From the NCBI GenBank assembly GCA_934660865.1, contig CAKUIA010000017.1, positions 30,303 to 62,302 of the forward strand: 32,000 nucleotides of DNA, in the 5' to 3' direction. The DNA comes from an uncultured Opitutales bacterium (GTDB taxonomy: Bacteria; Verrucomicrobiota; Verrucomicrobiia; Opitutales; Intestinicryptomonadaceae). Positions 9,058-17,913 of the stretch are shown here, piece by piece. The notes beneath the pieces were generated by a model. It saw only the letters and a program-made list of their open reading frames with translations, searched no databases and was not told the DNA's origin. Position 1 is the first letter of the stretch, and each line of letters begins with the position of its first letter. The translations under genes were made by a program, and so were the position numbers.

Positions 9058-10800
9058 CTACCTTAACACTTTCTTTAGCAGTTCTATTCCCCGGCTAGGT
9101 ATCATTTCCTTTACCGATTTGTATATTTTGCTTTTTTTAGACAGTGTAATTTCGCCTATAAGTTTCAGCGCGGCGCTTTCGTCGTCGCTGTCGGTAAACA
9201 CTTCGAACAGCATAGGTTTGTCGATTTTCGGCGAAAGGAATTTTTTGCAGTTTTTTTCGAAACCGTCTTTGTCGGTTGCGCACATATATTCAAACCCCAA
9301 ATCGGTTGCGTAGTGTTTTACAAGCTCGTGAGATTTGTTGCCGTAGTGGCCGCCTGCCGCAATAAACTTGTCGGCGTCGCTGCCGAAACGGCTTGCGGGG
9401 TGGCTAAACAGTCTAAATTCTGCGCCTTTGCCGTTGTTTACAAGCAAAATTCTAAGGTTTTTGCCCAGGTTTTTATTGCCCAGGCTGTTCATGTCGTAGA
9501 AAAACGACAAATCGCCAATAACGCCGAAATACAGCTTGTTTTTGTCGGCCAAAGACGCGCCTATCAACGACGACATACACCCGTCTATGCCGAACCCGCC
9601 CGTGTTTGAATAGCACAAAACGCCCTTCGGCAAATCAAACAAATTCCATGCCCTAAGCGAGTTTAATATTGCAAAATGCACAACGCTATTTTCAGGAATT
9701 TTACCCGCCATTTTAGAGGCTATCCAAATATTCGAAAACGGAAGCTCGGGGATATTGTTTTTAATTTCGTTTACAAGCGAATTTTGCGATTCCAATTTTG
9801 CGATTGCGCTGGATGTTCCGCCGCTTGGCTGCGATTTTGCGTAGTGCCCGAAAAAGCTTTCCTCGGGCATTTCGAATATTTTGGATATGCACTTAAATGT
9901 GTCGCGCATTTCGCCGTCGTCGCTTACCCTCCATACGCTTTTGGCCTTTACGCCAAACAATGTGTATTCGCCGGAAATTTCGCCTATATGTACGGCCAAA
10001 TCGAAAGTTTCCTTTTTTATGTACGCCTGCGAAAGGTATAAAACGCTGTTGAATTTGTATTTGCCGAAATAATTGCTGGTGTGGTCGCCAAACACAACCG
10101 CGTTGTAGCGGCTGCAAAAGGCGTCTAGCTTTTCCTCCAAACTTTTCGGCCACTTTTTGTGCGAGCCTATAATTATGGCTATCTTTTCGGAATTCAAATC
10201 GGGGAATTTGTCGGTCAGCGTAATTCTGTCGATTTTCTTTGCAGGCGGCAATGTTTCAACCGAAAAATCTTTTGAATAGCTTGTTTCCAAATTTATGTGC
10301 ACTGGGCCGCCGCCGTTGCGGAACAATTCCGAAATTGCCTTGTTTGCAAGAAGATTGCAACCCCACTCGTCTTCGGCCGACTCGATGTTTTTTAGAAAAA
10401 CGCTAATTTTTGCGACATCGTTGGGCAGCGAATTGCGGTCTATCACCTGCGGGATATTGTTGCCTATCCTATACTGGTGTTGGGTTGAAGTAATCGCCAA
10501 AACGGGAATTTTTCTGTAGTAGGCTTCGGTTAATGCGGGCAAATAGTTTCTTGAAGCCGTTGCCCCCGTGCAAGTTATGGCAACGGGCTCGTTCGATTCA
10601 ACAGCCAAGCCGCACGCCATATATGCCGCCGAACGTTCGTCTGCCGACGAATACATCTCGAAATACGGATCTTGTTGCATACTGGCAACTAGCGTATAGT
10701 TTGTCGTTCCCGGCGACGCTATGACCTTTTTTATTCCGTATTGTTTCATTAACGAGAGAACAATCTGCACATTGCGTTCGGCTGAATAAAAATTTTTCAT
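9058..10800 (-). CDS. thiamine-diphosphate-dependent enzyme (MenD/acetolactate-synthase-like fold) in a glycan locus
   Basis: 580-aa ORF. The N-terminal Pyr domain ASPGTTNYTL...ADERSAAYMACGLA...ITCTGATASRNYLPALTEAY resembles MenD/ALS. The C-terminal ThDP-binding motif GDLSFFYDMNSL-x13-LVNNG fits GD(G/S)-x24-27-NN. Confidence 0.8.
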   Translation of the reverse strand: MKNFYSAERNVQIVLSLMKQYGIKKVIASPGTTNYTLVASMQQDPYFEMYSSADERSAAYMACGLAVESNEPVAITCTGATASRNYLPALTEAYYRKIPVLAITSTQHQYRIGNNIPQVIDRNSLPNDVAKISVFLKNIESAEDEWGCNLLANKAISELFRNGGGPVHINLETSYSKDFSVETLPPAKKIDRITLTDKFPDLNSEKIAIIIGSHKKWPKSLEEKLDAFCSRYNAVVFGDHTSNYFGKYKFNSVLYLSQAYIKKETFDLAVHIGEISGEYTLFGVKAKSVWRVSDDGEMRDTFKCISKIFEMPEESFFGHYAKSQPSGGTSSAIAKLESQNSLVNEIKNNIPELPFSNIWIASKMAGKIPENSVVHFAILNSLRAWNLFDLPKGVLCYSNTGGFGIDGCMSSLIGASLADKNKLYFGVIGDLSFFYDMNSLGNKNLGKNLRILLVNNGKGAEFRLFSHPASRFGSDADKFIAAGGHYGNKSHELVKHYATDLGFEYMCATDKDGFEKNCKKFLSPKIDKPMLFEVFTDSDDESAALKLIGEITLSKKSKIYKSVKEMIPSRGIELLKKVLR

Positions 10801-10878
10801 TATATGTATGTAAAGTATATCGCCAAAATGGCAAAAAATGCCGATTCGAGCAAGAAAATCTTTTTTTTTGAAAATCCC

Positions 10879-11337
10879 CTACAATCTTTTGTTTTTAAAT
10901 GCCGAGACTATACCCAAGCACCCCGAAAGGATTTCGTTGTAGGCGGCGGCAAAGTCGCCCGTATACCACGGGTCGTCAACTTCGGTGTTGGCGGTGTCGG
11001 AAAATTCGGGCAGCAAATGCACCTTGTTTTTCAGGTCGTTGCCGCATATGCGCTTTATGTTGGCTAAATTGCTATTGTCCATACACGCAATAAGGTCGAA
11101 TTTTTGCAGGTCTTGGGCCGCCATTTTTCGGGCAAACTTGCCGTCGCATGCAATGCCGTGTTTTGCCAATTCGCGCCTTGCCGGCGGGTATACCGCATTT
11201 CCCAGTTCCTCGCTGCTTACCGCGGCCGATTCGACATAAAAATTAAGCCCCTCTTTTTGCGCCAAATCTTTCATTATAAATTCGGCCATTGGGCTTCGGC
11301 AAATATTGCCGTGGCATACAAATAATATTTTATACAT
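10879..11337 (-). CDS. low-molecular-weight protein-tyrosine phosphatase
   Basis: The P-loop ILFVCHGNICRSPMAE fits C-x5-R-S. A C-terminal D-P general-acid motif (VDDPWY) is present. Start chosen at the ATG at 11337 (MYKILFVC), not the 20-codon upstream extension in the ORF track. Confidence 0.9.
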   Translation of the reverse strand: MYKILFVCHGNICRSPMAEFIMKDLAQKEGLNFYVESAAVSSEELGNAVYPPARRELAKHGIACDGKFARKMAAQDLQKFDLIACMDNSNLANIKRICGNDLKNKVHLLPEFSDTANTEVDDPWYTGDFAAAYNEILSGCLGIVSAFKNKRL

Positions 11338-11443
11338 ACTTAATTTACCTACGTTTTTAAAGCGCCAAAGTCTTATATGTTGTTGCGTTGTTATCAAGAA
11401 TTTTCCGCTTTTTGCGGCTTTGCTACACTACCCCATAAAAGTA

Positions 11444-11471
11444 TTGACTGCCCCGCTATTTTTTGTAAAAA
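11444..11471 (+). promoter_or_regulatory. candidate sigma70-type promoter for the tandem beta-propeller genes
   Basis: TTGACT (11444-11449), a 16-nt spacer, then TAAAAA (11466-11471), about 28 nt upstream of the ATG at 11499. This is pattern match only, and the promoter consensus of this organism is unknown. Confidence 0.3.
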
Positions 11472-11498
11472 TCGGTCTACTAACCTTAATTGTATTAT

Positions 11499-12809
11499 AT
11501 GATGAATTTAAAACGTTTTTTGTATATTGTGCCGCTTTGTGCGTTTTCGCTTTGCGCTTATGCCGAAAAAACTTTGCCAAACGGCGATGTTGTGAATTTG
11601 CACCCGCGGGTAAAGGACGAATACCTTGAGCAAGACGCCCCTTTGAAAATGCTTTTGGACGAAACCGAAAACAATCGCTGGAGGCAAACCCGCATACAAA
11701 TTCCCGACGGAACCGTTCACTACACCGGCTACTACAGCAAAAACCACTGGGGGCCTAAAAACGACTATTTTGTGTGCCTAATAAGGCGCAAGGGTTTGCC
11801 GCGCGGGGCTTCGGTTTTGTGCAAATATGTGTTAAAAGAAAGGGCGTTGCGCGAGCTTTGCATAATAAGGGGCGAGGCAACCTACGACCACACGCGCAAC
11901 ATAGTGTGGGGGCTTCAGGGCAACAGGTTTTACAAGATAGACCTTAACAAACCCGTAAGCCCCACCGAATTTGCGCCCGAATACATATTCCAAGACTCGA
12001 TGAAAAATTCGTATCTATACGGGCCTTTGGAAATAGACGAAAAGCGCGGTTTGGCGTTTTTCGGGATAGGCGTTGAAGACAAGGCAAAAAAGGAGGCGGC
12101 CAACGCCCTTGTTAAGGAGAAAAAAGACCCCCGCTTGGAATACATAGGCGAGCGCTCCTTTATGGTGTTGGACATAAACACGGGCAAGCTTTTAAAGCGT
12201 ATCCCCATGGGCGGCAACTTTCATGCAAATCACTGGATAGCAATGCCCGACGGCGAAAACATTGTTTTTGCGCACGAGGGCATAACCGACACCATTGCCG
12301 ACCGCATAAACATGATAAACTGGAAAACGGGCGAAAAGAAATGCCTGCATAGCCATATAATAGACAAAAAATCGGGCAGAATGCTCGAGTGCATTGGCCA
12401 CGAAATGCGCGGCGGCGACTATATTAACGCGGTAAGGTATGCGCAGTCGGAATTGGGCAGCGCCATTGTAAGAGTAAAAAAAGACGGTTCCGACTACCAC
12501 ATTGCCGACTACGACAGCTATTGGCATTCTTCCACAAACCCCGACACCGGCGAAATTATAGTTGCCGATACAATGTGGTGGGGCAAACACAATGTGCGCA
12601 ACAAAAAGAAGGACCACGGCTACATAATAAGGCTTGATATGAAAAACGGCACAAAGGAAATCCTTAAGGAGATAAAAATTAACGCGCAAAACGGTTCAAA
12701 CCACCCCCACCCTTCGCTTAACGGCGACGGCACAAAAGTTCTCTTTAGCGAACCTGCCGACGACAAATACGAAAACAATTCGCTAACTTTGCTTGAATTG
12801 GTAAAATAG
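11499..12809 (+). CDS. secreted beta-propeller protein, oligogalacturonate-lyase (PL22)-like, paralog 1
   Basis: Signal peptide MMNLKRFLYIVPLCAFSLCAYA|EK. The His-rich conserved blocks ANHW, FAHEG, DRIN-x-INWKTG, ECIGHEM-x-GG, DGSDY, YWH, ADTMWWG and the C-terminal H-x-H-P-x5-DG-x-(V/L)-x-F are shared with the next gene. They are reminiscent of the metal-binding H-x-H and TolB-like blades of PL22 lyases. The track start 11490 is TTG; ATG codons lie at 11499 and 11502. Confidence 0.5.
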   Translation: MMNLKRFLYIVPLCAFSLCAYAEKTLPNGDVVNLHPRVKDEYLEQDAPLKMLLDETENNRWRQTRIQIPDGTVHYTGYYSKNHWGPKNDYFVCLIRRKGLPRGASVLCKYVLKERALRELCIIRGEATYDHTRNIVWGLQGNRFYKIDLNKPVSPTEFAPEYIFQDSMKNSYLYGPLEIDEKRGLAFFGIGVEDKAKKEAANALVKEKKDPRLEYIGERSFMVLDINTGKLLKRIPMGGNFHANHWIAMPDGENIVFAHEGITDTIADRINMINWKTGEKKCLHSHIIDKKSGRMLECIGHEMRGGDYINAVRYAQSELGSAIVRVKKDGSDYHIADYDSYWHSSTNPDTGEIIVADTMWWGKHNVRNKKKDHGYIIRLDMKNGTKEILKEIKINAQNGSNHPHPSLNGDGTKVLFSEPADDKYENNSLTLLELVK

Positions 12810-12822
12810 GAGGAATTTTATT

Positions 12823-14037
12823 ATGAAGATTGCATTTTCGATTATGCTGACGCTGCTGGCCTGCAGCCTCTTTGCCGCCGACAACAAACCAAAATATAAG
12901 GACGAAGCCCCGCAACCCGACGTATACAAGGAGGTAAAACGCAACTGGAGGCAGCACACATTGCAGCTTGAAGGCCGCCATGTGATGCGCGCGTATTATA
13001 CGCACAATTCCTTCGGCAAAGACAATAAAACCGTAGTGTGCTATTCGCACGACAAAAATTTCGGCGACCCGCGCATTCATATATACGATATAGCACAGGG
13101 CAAATTCGTAAAAGAGGTTAAACTCGACAAAATGTTTTCGGGGCAAAACCGCACATTGGGCGCAATCTATTGCGCCTCGCAAAACAGCGTGTATTTAACG
13201 CACCGCAATAAAATATACAAAGTTAACCTAAACGACGGCAAAACATCGGTGTTTTTCGAACACCCGATAAAAACCGCGGCGCTCCATAGCGGCGACATAA
13301 ACAGAGCCGAAACTTTAATGGTTATGGGCGTGTATGCAAACAATCCCGACAAAAAGGAGCAATACAGCTATCTGGGTTTTTGCGTGATAGACCTAAAAAC
13401 GGGAAAGGCCGTAAAAGACGTCGGTATGGGCAACTACCGTTTTGTTGCAAACCACTACCAGTTTATGGACGACAACCCCGACCATATAATGTATGCGCAC
13501 GAGGGCGAAACTTCTACAATTCCCGACCGCATAAACCGCATAAATTGGAAAACGGGCTGGCACAAGATTTTGCACAACCACTATCTGGACAAAAACAACG
13601 GCTCGCTTATAGAGTGCATTGGCCACGAAATGACTGGCGGCAACAAGATTGTGGCCGTAAGGTACTCGGTTAGCAAAATCCCCGGGGCTTTGGTTGCTAT
13701 GAATACCGACGGCAGCGACTACAAGGTTATAGACTACGACAACTATTGGCACTGCTCGATAAACGCCGACGGCACCGTTTATGCCGCCGACACCATGTGG
13801 TGGGGCAACACCAAGCGCGTTTCCGGCGACGTAAAAAACCCGAAAACCTGGGTGATTTTGCTCGATTCAAAAAGCAAGACAAAGGAAATTATAAAGTCGT
13901 TTAGGGGCGAAAACAAACACAACTACTACCATTCGCACCCCGCAGTAAGTAGCGATGGGCGCCTTGTATATTTTACCGAAGGCGGCGGCGAATTTGTAAA
14001 GGCCACCCTCTTCGAATTGCTCGACAAATCGCTTTAA
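12823..14037 (+). CDS. secreted beta-propeller protein, oligogalacturonate-lyase (PL22)-like, paralog 2
   Basis: 404-aa ORF with a signal peptide (MKIAFSIMLTLLACSLFA). It is preceded by one of the few strong RBSs in the window (TAGGAGGA, 12808-12815). Its C-terminal ~230 aa are collinear with the upstream paralog (see the shared blocks above). Confidence 0.5.
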   Translation: MKIAFSIMLTLLACSLFAADNKPKYKDEAPQPDVYKEVKRNWRQHTLQLEGRHVMRAYYTHNSFGKDNKTVVCYSHDKNFGDPRIHIYDIAQGKFVKEVKLDKMFSGQNRTLGAIYCASQNSVYLTHRNKIYKVNLNDGKTSVFFEHPIKTAALHSGDINRAETLMVMGVYANNPDKKEQYSYLGFCVIDLKTGKAVKDVGMGNYRFVANHYQFMDDNPDHIMYAHEGETSTIPDRINRINWKTGWHKILHNHYLDKNNGSLIECIGHEMTGGNKIVAVRYSVSKIPGALVAMNTDGSDYKVIDYDNYWHCSINADGTVYAADTMWWGNTKRVSGDVKNPKTWVILLDSKSKTKEIIKSFRGENKHNYYHSHPAVSSDGRLVYFTEGGGEFVKATLFELLDKSL

Positions 14038-14045
14038 AACCCTGC

Positions 14046-14090
14046 AAAAAAATCCGCCCCGTTTTTTCGGAGCGGATTTTTGTTTTTTTG
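14046..14090. terminator. bidirectional intrinsic terminator between convergent genes
   Basis: aaaaaaatccgccccg-tttttt-cggagcggatttttgttttttt forms a GC-containing stem with one mismatch. It is flanked by an A-run on the left and a T-run on the right, so it can terminate both the plus-strand gene ending at 14037 and the minus-strand psd ending at 14103. Confidence 0.7.
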
Positions 14091-14102
14091 CCAATATTGT
14101 TT

Positions 14103-14990
14103 TTATTGCAAAATTTCGCCGCAAACATCGCCTACATGCGCGTAATATTCAATGTTGTTTAGGCTGCATTCCAAAAGTTTTGGCTTAAATTCAACAAAGC
14201 CTTTTTGGAAAACGCAAACTACGCAGGAGCCGCCGAAAAGGAATTTGCCCATTTGGGCTGCGGCCTTAACGTTTGCGCCAATTTCGTCGAAATTTATTAT
14301 GCCGCCTACATTTGTAGCCCCTATTTGCACAACGGCGCAATAGGCCCCGCTTTTGTGGCGCAAAATGTTTACAACCCTCTCGTTTTGCAGCAGATAGTTT
14401 AAGCCCCTGCAAAGCGCTATCGGGCTAACCGAATTTAAGTGCCCTTTTATGCGTTTTCTAGCCTCTATTGTTCCCGAAATCGGGTAGTGAAACCTGTGGT
14501 AGTCTACTGGGCTTAGCCTTGAAATAAGAACCGAGCCTCCATCGAAAAGCTTGGCACATTCGGCGCAGCCCAAAAGGGTTGCAATGTCCAGCTTTTGCCC
14601 TTTTGCGTAAAAAAAATAGTTTTCGCCTATATTTTGCGCCGCTAAATTGCGCGAATCGGCGGGGAAAAATACGCAATTTTCTCCGCCTTTGGCGGTTCTT
14701 GCCTCGGGCAAAAGCTCCCTTGCAAAAAAGTCGTTAAAATTGGCAAAGTTTTTTTGGGGGCAGTCGTCTAAATTTATGGAGTGGGCCTTTGCAAATTTAG
14801 GCCCCGCGTTTTTGCTTATTTTTGAATTTGCCCAAACCCCGAAAATTTTTGAAAAAACCTTCCTTTTAACAAGCGCCCATAAAGCCAGTTTGCCGACGGC
14901 ATTTGAATAGAGGAATTTCAGGAAAAACTCGGCGGGAACTTCCTCGTTTTCGTATTTATTTGTGTGGGAATTGAAAATTTTTATCGCCAT
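14103..14990 (-). CDS. psd: phosphatidylserine decarboxylase proenzyme
   Basis: It has SPVDYHRFHYPISG and the self-cleavage motif FLFGGS (the G-S site generates the pyruvoyl group). Start chosen at the ATG at 14990 (MAIKIFNSH...), which overlaps the recD2 stop as ATGGCGATAA. The 28-codon upstream extension lies inside recD2. Confidence 0.85.
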   Translation of the reverse strand: MAIKIFNSHTNKYENEEVPAEFFLKFLYSNAVGKLALWALVKRKVFSKIFGVWANSKISKNAGPKFAKAHSINLDDCPQKNFANFNDFFARELLPEARTAKGGENCVFFPADSRNLAAQNIGENYFFYAKGQKLDIATLLGCAECAKLFDGGSVLISRLSPVDYHRFHYPISGTIEARKRIKGHLNSVSPIALCRGLNYLLQNERVVNILRHKSGAYCAVVQIGATNVGGIINFDEIGANVKAAAQMGKFLFGGSCVVCVFQKGFVEFKPKLLECSLNNIEYYAHVGDVCGEILQ

Positions 14991-17161
14991 TGGGTGTCCT
15001 GGTAAGATAGCAGCCTTTGTTTTAGCCCCGTATCGCGCTTTAGCGATTTGTCGTTGGCTATGGCCATTTGCCATGCGTATGGTTCGCCGATAATAAACGC
15101 CTTTTTCTTTGCTCTTGTCAATGCAGTATACAATAAATTGCGCTGCAAAAGCATAAAGTGGCTTTTCATTAAAATCAAAACTATCACGGGAAATTCGCTG
15201 CCCTGCGACTTGTGCACGCTAACAGCATACGCCAGGCGCAAGTCGAAGGCGTCGGTTTTCGTAAATTCGGCGGTTTTGCCCTGGAAATCCACGTCCAACA
15301 CATCGTCGGAAATGCCGCTTAAAATGCCCATATCGCCGTTATAGACGTCAAGCAGATAGTTGTTTTTTGTCTGTATAAGCTTGTCGCCCTTTTTGAACAA
15401 AGTTGCCCCGATACGCGTACTTTGGGTATTTTTGTTTAAACGCTGCTGCAAAGTGTCGTTTAAAGCCCCAATGCCGGCCTGCCCCTTGTGCATGGGCAGC
15501 AAAAATTGCACGTCGTTAACGATGTCTATTTCGGGCATGCTTTTTGGGATTTCGTTTTCGAGCAGGTACAATGCGGTTTTTACGGCATTTTCGGGGCTGT
15601 CTACCGCAAAAAATTCAACCTGTCTAAAGCAGCTTATGTGCGCAGAGGCCCTATATTGCGAAAGCGTGTTTTTGCCTTCAAGTATGTCGTGGGCAATGTC
15701 TACAATGTCGGAATTTTCGCTTTGCCTGAAAATTCTTTTTAAAACAACGGTCTTAAAAATTCCGCTTTCTATAATGTCCTTTAAAACATTGCCCGCCCCC
15801 ACGCTTGGCAGCTGGTCTATGTCGCCTACAAGCAAAAGGTGCGCGCTTTCTTTTAGGGCTTTAAAGAGGGCGTTTGCCAGCTTTTCGTCCAGCATTGATG
15901 ATTCGTCTACAATCACAAAATCGGCCTCGAGCTTTTTGTCGCGCCCGAAAGTAAAGCCTCCCGTTTGCGGGTTATACGCCAATATTCTGTGAATTGTCTG
16001 CGCCGGCATATTGCAGCTTTGCGCCATTCTTTGCGCAGCCCTGCCCGTGGGAGCCGCCAAAATCACCCTTACTTTTTTTGCGTTTAAAATTGCAGTTATT
16101 GCCCTTAGCACCGTCGTTTTGCCGGTGCCCGGGCCGCCCGTTATAACGCAAACCTTGTTTTTAATGGAATTTTTTACCGCCGAAATCTGTTCGGGCGACA
16201 AGTTGGTGCCGAACTTTTGCTGCGCCCATAGCACCGCCTTTTCCACCGCAATTTTAGGCAGGCCGGAAGGCTCTTTGTTTATCGCGTTAAGGCTTTCGGC
16301 AATGCGCCTTTCGCATATCGCATTGGCCTTTAATTGAACAAAATGCGAATTTACAAGAACAAGCTCGCCAATATTTATCATTTCAAGCAGGCGCTCTTTG
16401 CACAAGGCGGCGTCTACCGCCAAATTTTGCGAGGCGGTTTCTATCAAAATGTCTATGTCGGCCATAGTATGGCCCAGTTGTTCGAATTCGCTTAGCGTAA
16501 AGCTTAGCCCCGCCTTTACCCTAAATACCGACTCGTTTGCAATGCCCGAATTAAGGGCAATTTGGTCGGCCGTTTTAAATCCTATGCCGCCTATTTCCAT
16601 AGCCAGCTTATACGGGTTTTCGGCTATAACATTAAGGGCTTTTTCGCCGTACTTTTTAACTATGTCGGCGCAGTGTTTTATGCCGACACCGTAGGTTCTA
16701 AGCTTCATTACAACATCGCGCAAATTGCGCTGTGCGTCCCACGATTTTTTTATTTCCCGTACGCGCTTTTCGCCAATGCCTGCAACCTCCCTTAGGCGCG
16801 CGGAATCTTCGTCGATAATTTTCAGCGTATTTTCGCCGAATCGGTTTACGATTTTTTCGGCATAGCCCTTGCCGATTCCCTGAATTAGCCCGCTGCCCAA
16901 AAATTTTTTTATGCCGTATAAAGACGACGGCAGCTTGCTTTTAAAGGAAACGGCCTTTAACTGGTCGCCGTAGCTTTTGTGGTGCAGCCAATAGCCCTTA
17001 ACTTCAAGCGTTTCGCCGCATTGTATGGAGGGCAACGTGCCCGTTATTGTAAACGAACTTTTGTCGGAGCTTTTTATTTGGGCCACGCAATAGTTGTTGT
17101 CTTCGTTGTAAAAAAGTATTTTTTCTACAACGCCCTCTACGGTTGACAGCGCGCCGTCCAT
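14981..17161 (-). CDS. recD2: RecD2-type SF1B ATP-dependent DNA helicase
   Basis: It has Walker A ITGGPGTGKTT, Walker B FVIVDESSM, VGDIDQLPSVGAGN, an HhH-like GIGEKRVREI, and the C-terminal AYAVSVHKSQGSEF. Start chosen at the ATG at 17161 (MDGALSTVEGVV...), which shares one base with the HAD stop (TAATG). This gives ~726 aa, typical for RecD2. Confidence 0.85.
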   Translation of the reverse strand: MDGALSTVEGVVEKILFYNEDNNYCVAQIKSSDKSSFTITGTLPSIQCGETLEVKGYWLHHKSYGDQLKAVSFKSKLPSSLYGIKKFLGSGLIQGIGKGYAEKIVNRFGENTLKIIDEDSARLREVAGIGEKRVREIKKSWDAQRNLRDVVMKLRTYGVGIKHCADIVKKYGEKALNVIAENPYKLAMEIGGIGFKTADQIALNSGIANESVFRVKAGLSFTLSEFEQLGHTMADIDILIETASQNLAVDAALCKERLLEMINIGELVLVNSHFVQLKANAICERRIAESLNAINKEPSGLPKIAVEKAVLWAQQKFGTNLSPEQISAVKNSIKNKVCVITGGPGTGKTTVLRAITAILNAKKVRVILAAPTGRAAQRMAQSCNMPAQTIHRILAYNPQTGGFTFGRDKKLEADFVIVDESSMLDEKLANALFKALKESAHLLLVGDIDQLPSVGAGNVLKDIIESGIFKTVVLKRIFRQSENSDIVDIAHDILEGKNTLSQYRASAHISCFRQVEFFAVDSPENAVKTALYLLENEIPKSMPEIDIVNDVQFLLPMHKGQAGIGALNDTLQQRLNKNTQSTRIGATLFKKGDKLIQTKNNYLLDVYNGDMGILSGISDDVLDVDFQGKTAEFTKTDAFDLRLAYAVSVHKSQGSEFPVIVLILMKSHFMLLQRNLLYTALTRAKKKAFIIGEPYAWQMAIANDKSLKRDTGLKQRLLSYQDTQWR

Positions 17162-17844
17162 TACAGCGCCGAACCGAAAAAGCGTTCGGACATTTCGGAA
17201 AAGTCCGAGTAAACGCCGAGCGCGTTTTTGGCTTTCTTTAAAAGCTCCGATTTTGCAACGGTGCCCGTTGCAACCAAAGCGCATTCAATGCCGGCGTTTT
17301 GCGCCGAGTTGTAGTCGTATAGCGAGTCGCCCACAACAAGCGCGTTTTCGGGAGCAAGTTTCATTTTGCCAAGAGCTGCTAACGTAAATTCCCTGTCGGG
17401 CTTGCGGGGCGAATGTAAGGTAGTTCCCGTTACCGCGCAAAAATACGGCAAAATGCTCAATTTTGCCAAAATCTCGCGGGCGGCGTGCTCTTCTTTGTTT
17501 GTAAAAAGCGCAATTTTATACTTTTTTTTGCGCAAAAATTCCAAAAATTCTACCGTGCGCGGCATTAAGGTAAGGCCGTCGAACATAAAGCGGTAGAAAT
17601 TTTCGGTATATATTTCGGCCAAGCGCATTGCGTCTTTTTCGCCGAAAAGCTTACCCATTGTAATAAGTATAGAGCCGCCTACGCTGTTTACCGTATCTTC
17701 GAAATCGGGTGCTTCCAGCCCAAGCTTTCTGGCCGAATACGACGCGCACGAATGAATTGCGTGGAAATTATCCACCAATGTCCCGTCTAAATCGAACAAT
17801 ATGCCTTTAATGTTGCCCTTTTCCACCTTAAGCCGTATCCCCAA
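17161..17844 (-). CDS. HAD-superfamily hydrolase (phosphoglycolate phosphatase-like)
   Basis: Motif I is ILFDLDGTLVDN, motif II is LFTNK, and motif IV is VVGDSLYD. The track start 17844 is TTG, and a GTG at 17826 is an alternative. Confidence 0.8.
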   Translation of the reverse strand: MGIRLKVEKGNIKGILFDLDGTLVDNFHAIHSCASYSARKLGLEAPDFEDTVNSVGGSILITMGKLFGEKDAMRLAEIYTENFYRFMFDGLTLMPRTVEFLEFLRKKKYKIALFTNKEEHAAREILAKLSILPYFCAVTGTTLHSPRKPDREFTLAALGKMKLAPENALVVGDSLYDYNSAQNAGIECALVATGTVAKSELLKKAKNALGVYSDFSEMSERFFGSAL

Positions 17845-17854
17845 AATTATCCCG

Positions 17855-17888
17855 AAAAAGCCTATTTCTTTGTTGAAATAGGCTTTTT
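17855..17888 (-). terminator. intrinsic terminator after the small lipoprotein gene
   Basis: Perfect 10-bp stem agcctatttc / gaaataggct with a 6-nt loop, flanked by aaaaa and ttttt. Read on the minus strand it follows the stop at 17914 and ends in a T-run. Confidence 0.65.
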
Positions 17889-17913
17889 GCTAAAGGCTTA
17901 TGAAAATTACAGA

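Noticed and set aside
12192-12689. 165-aa minus-strand ORF, plus 12745-13182 and 13393-13752, inside the PL22-like genes
   Set aside because: The plus-strand frames carry signal peptides and paralog-conserved blocks. The antisense frames are V/A/H-rich low-information sequence.
17162-17284. N-terminal extensions in the ORF track: recD2 17162-17284, psd 14991-15074, LMW-PTP 11338-11397, OMP 30079-30138, wzx 9031-9036, and the PL22-like gene 11490-11498
   Set aside because: The extensions overlap upstream genes or use TTG, and they add basic non-homologous residues. Internal ATGs give canonical N-termini: MYKILFVCHGN, a signal peptide, or a RecD2-like start.
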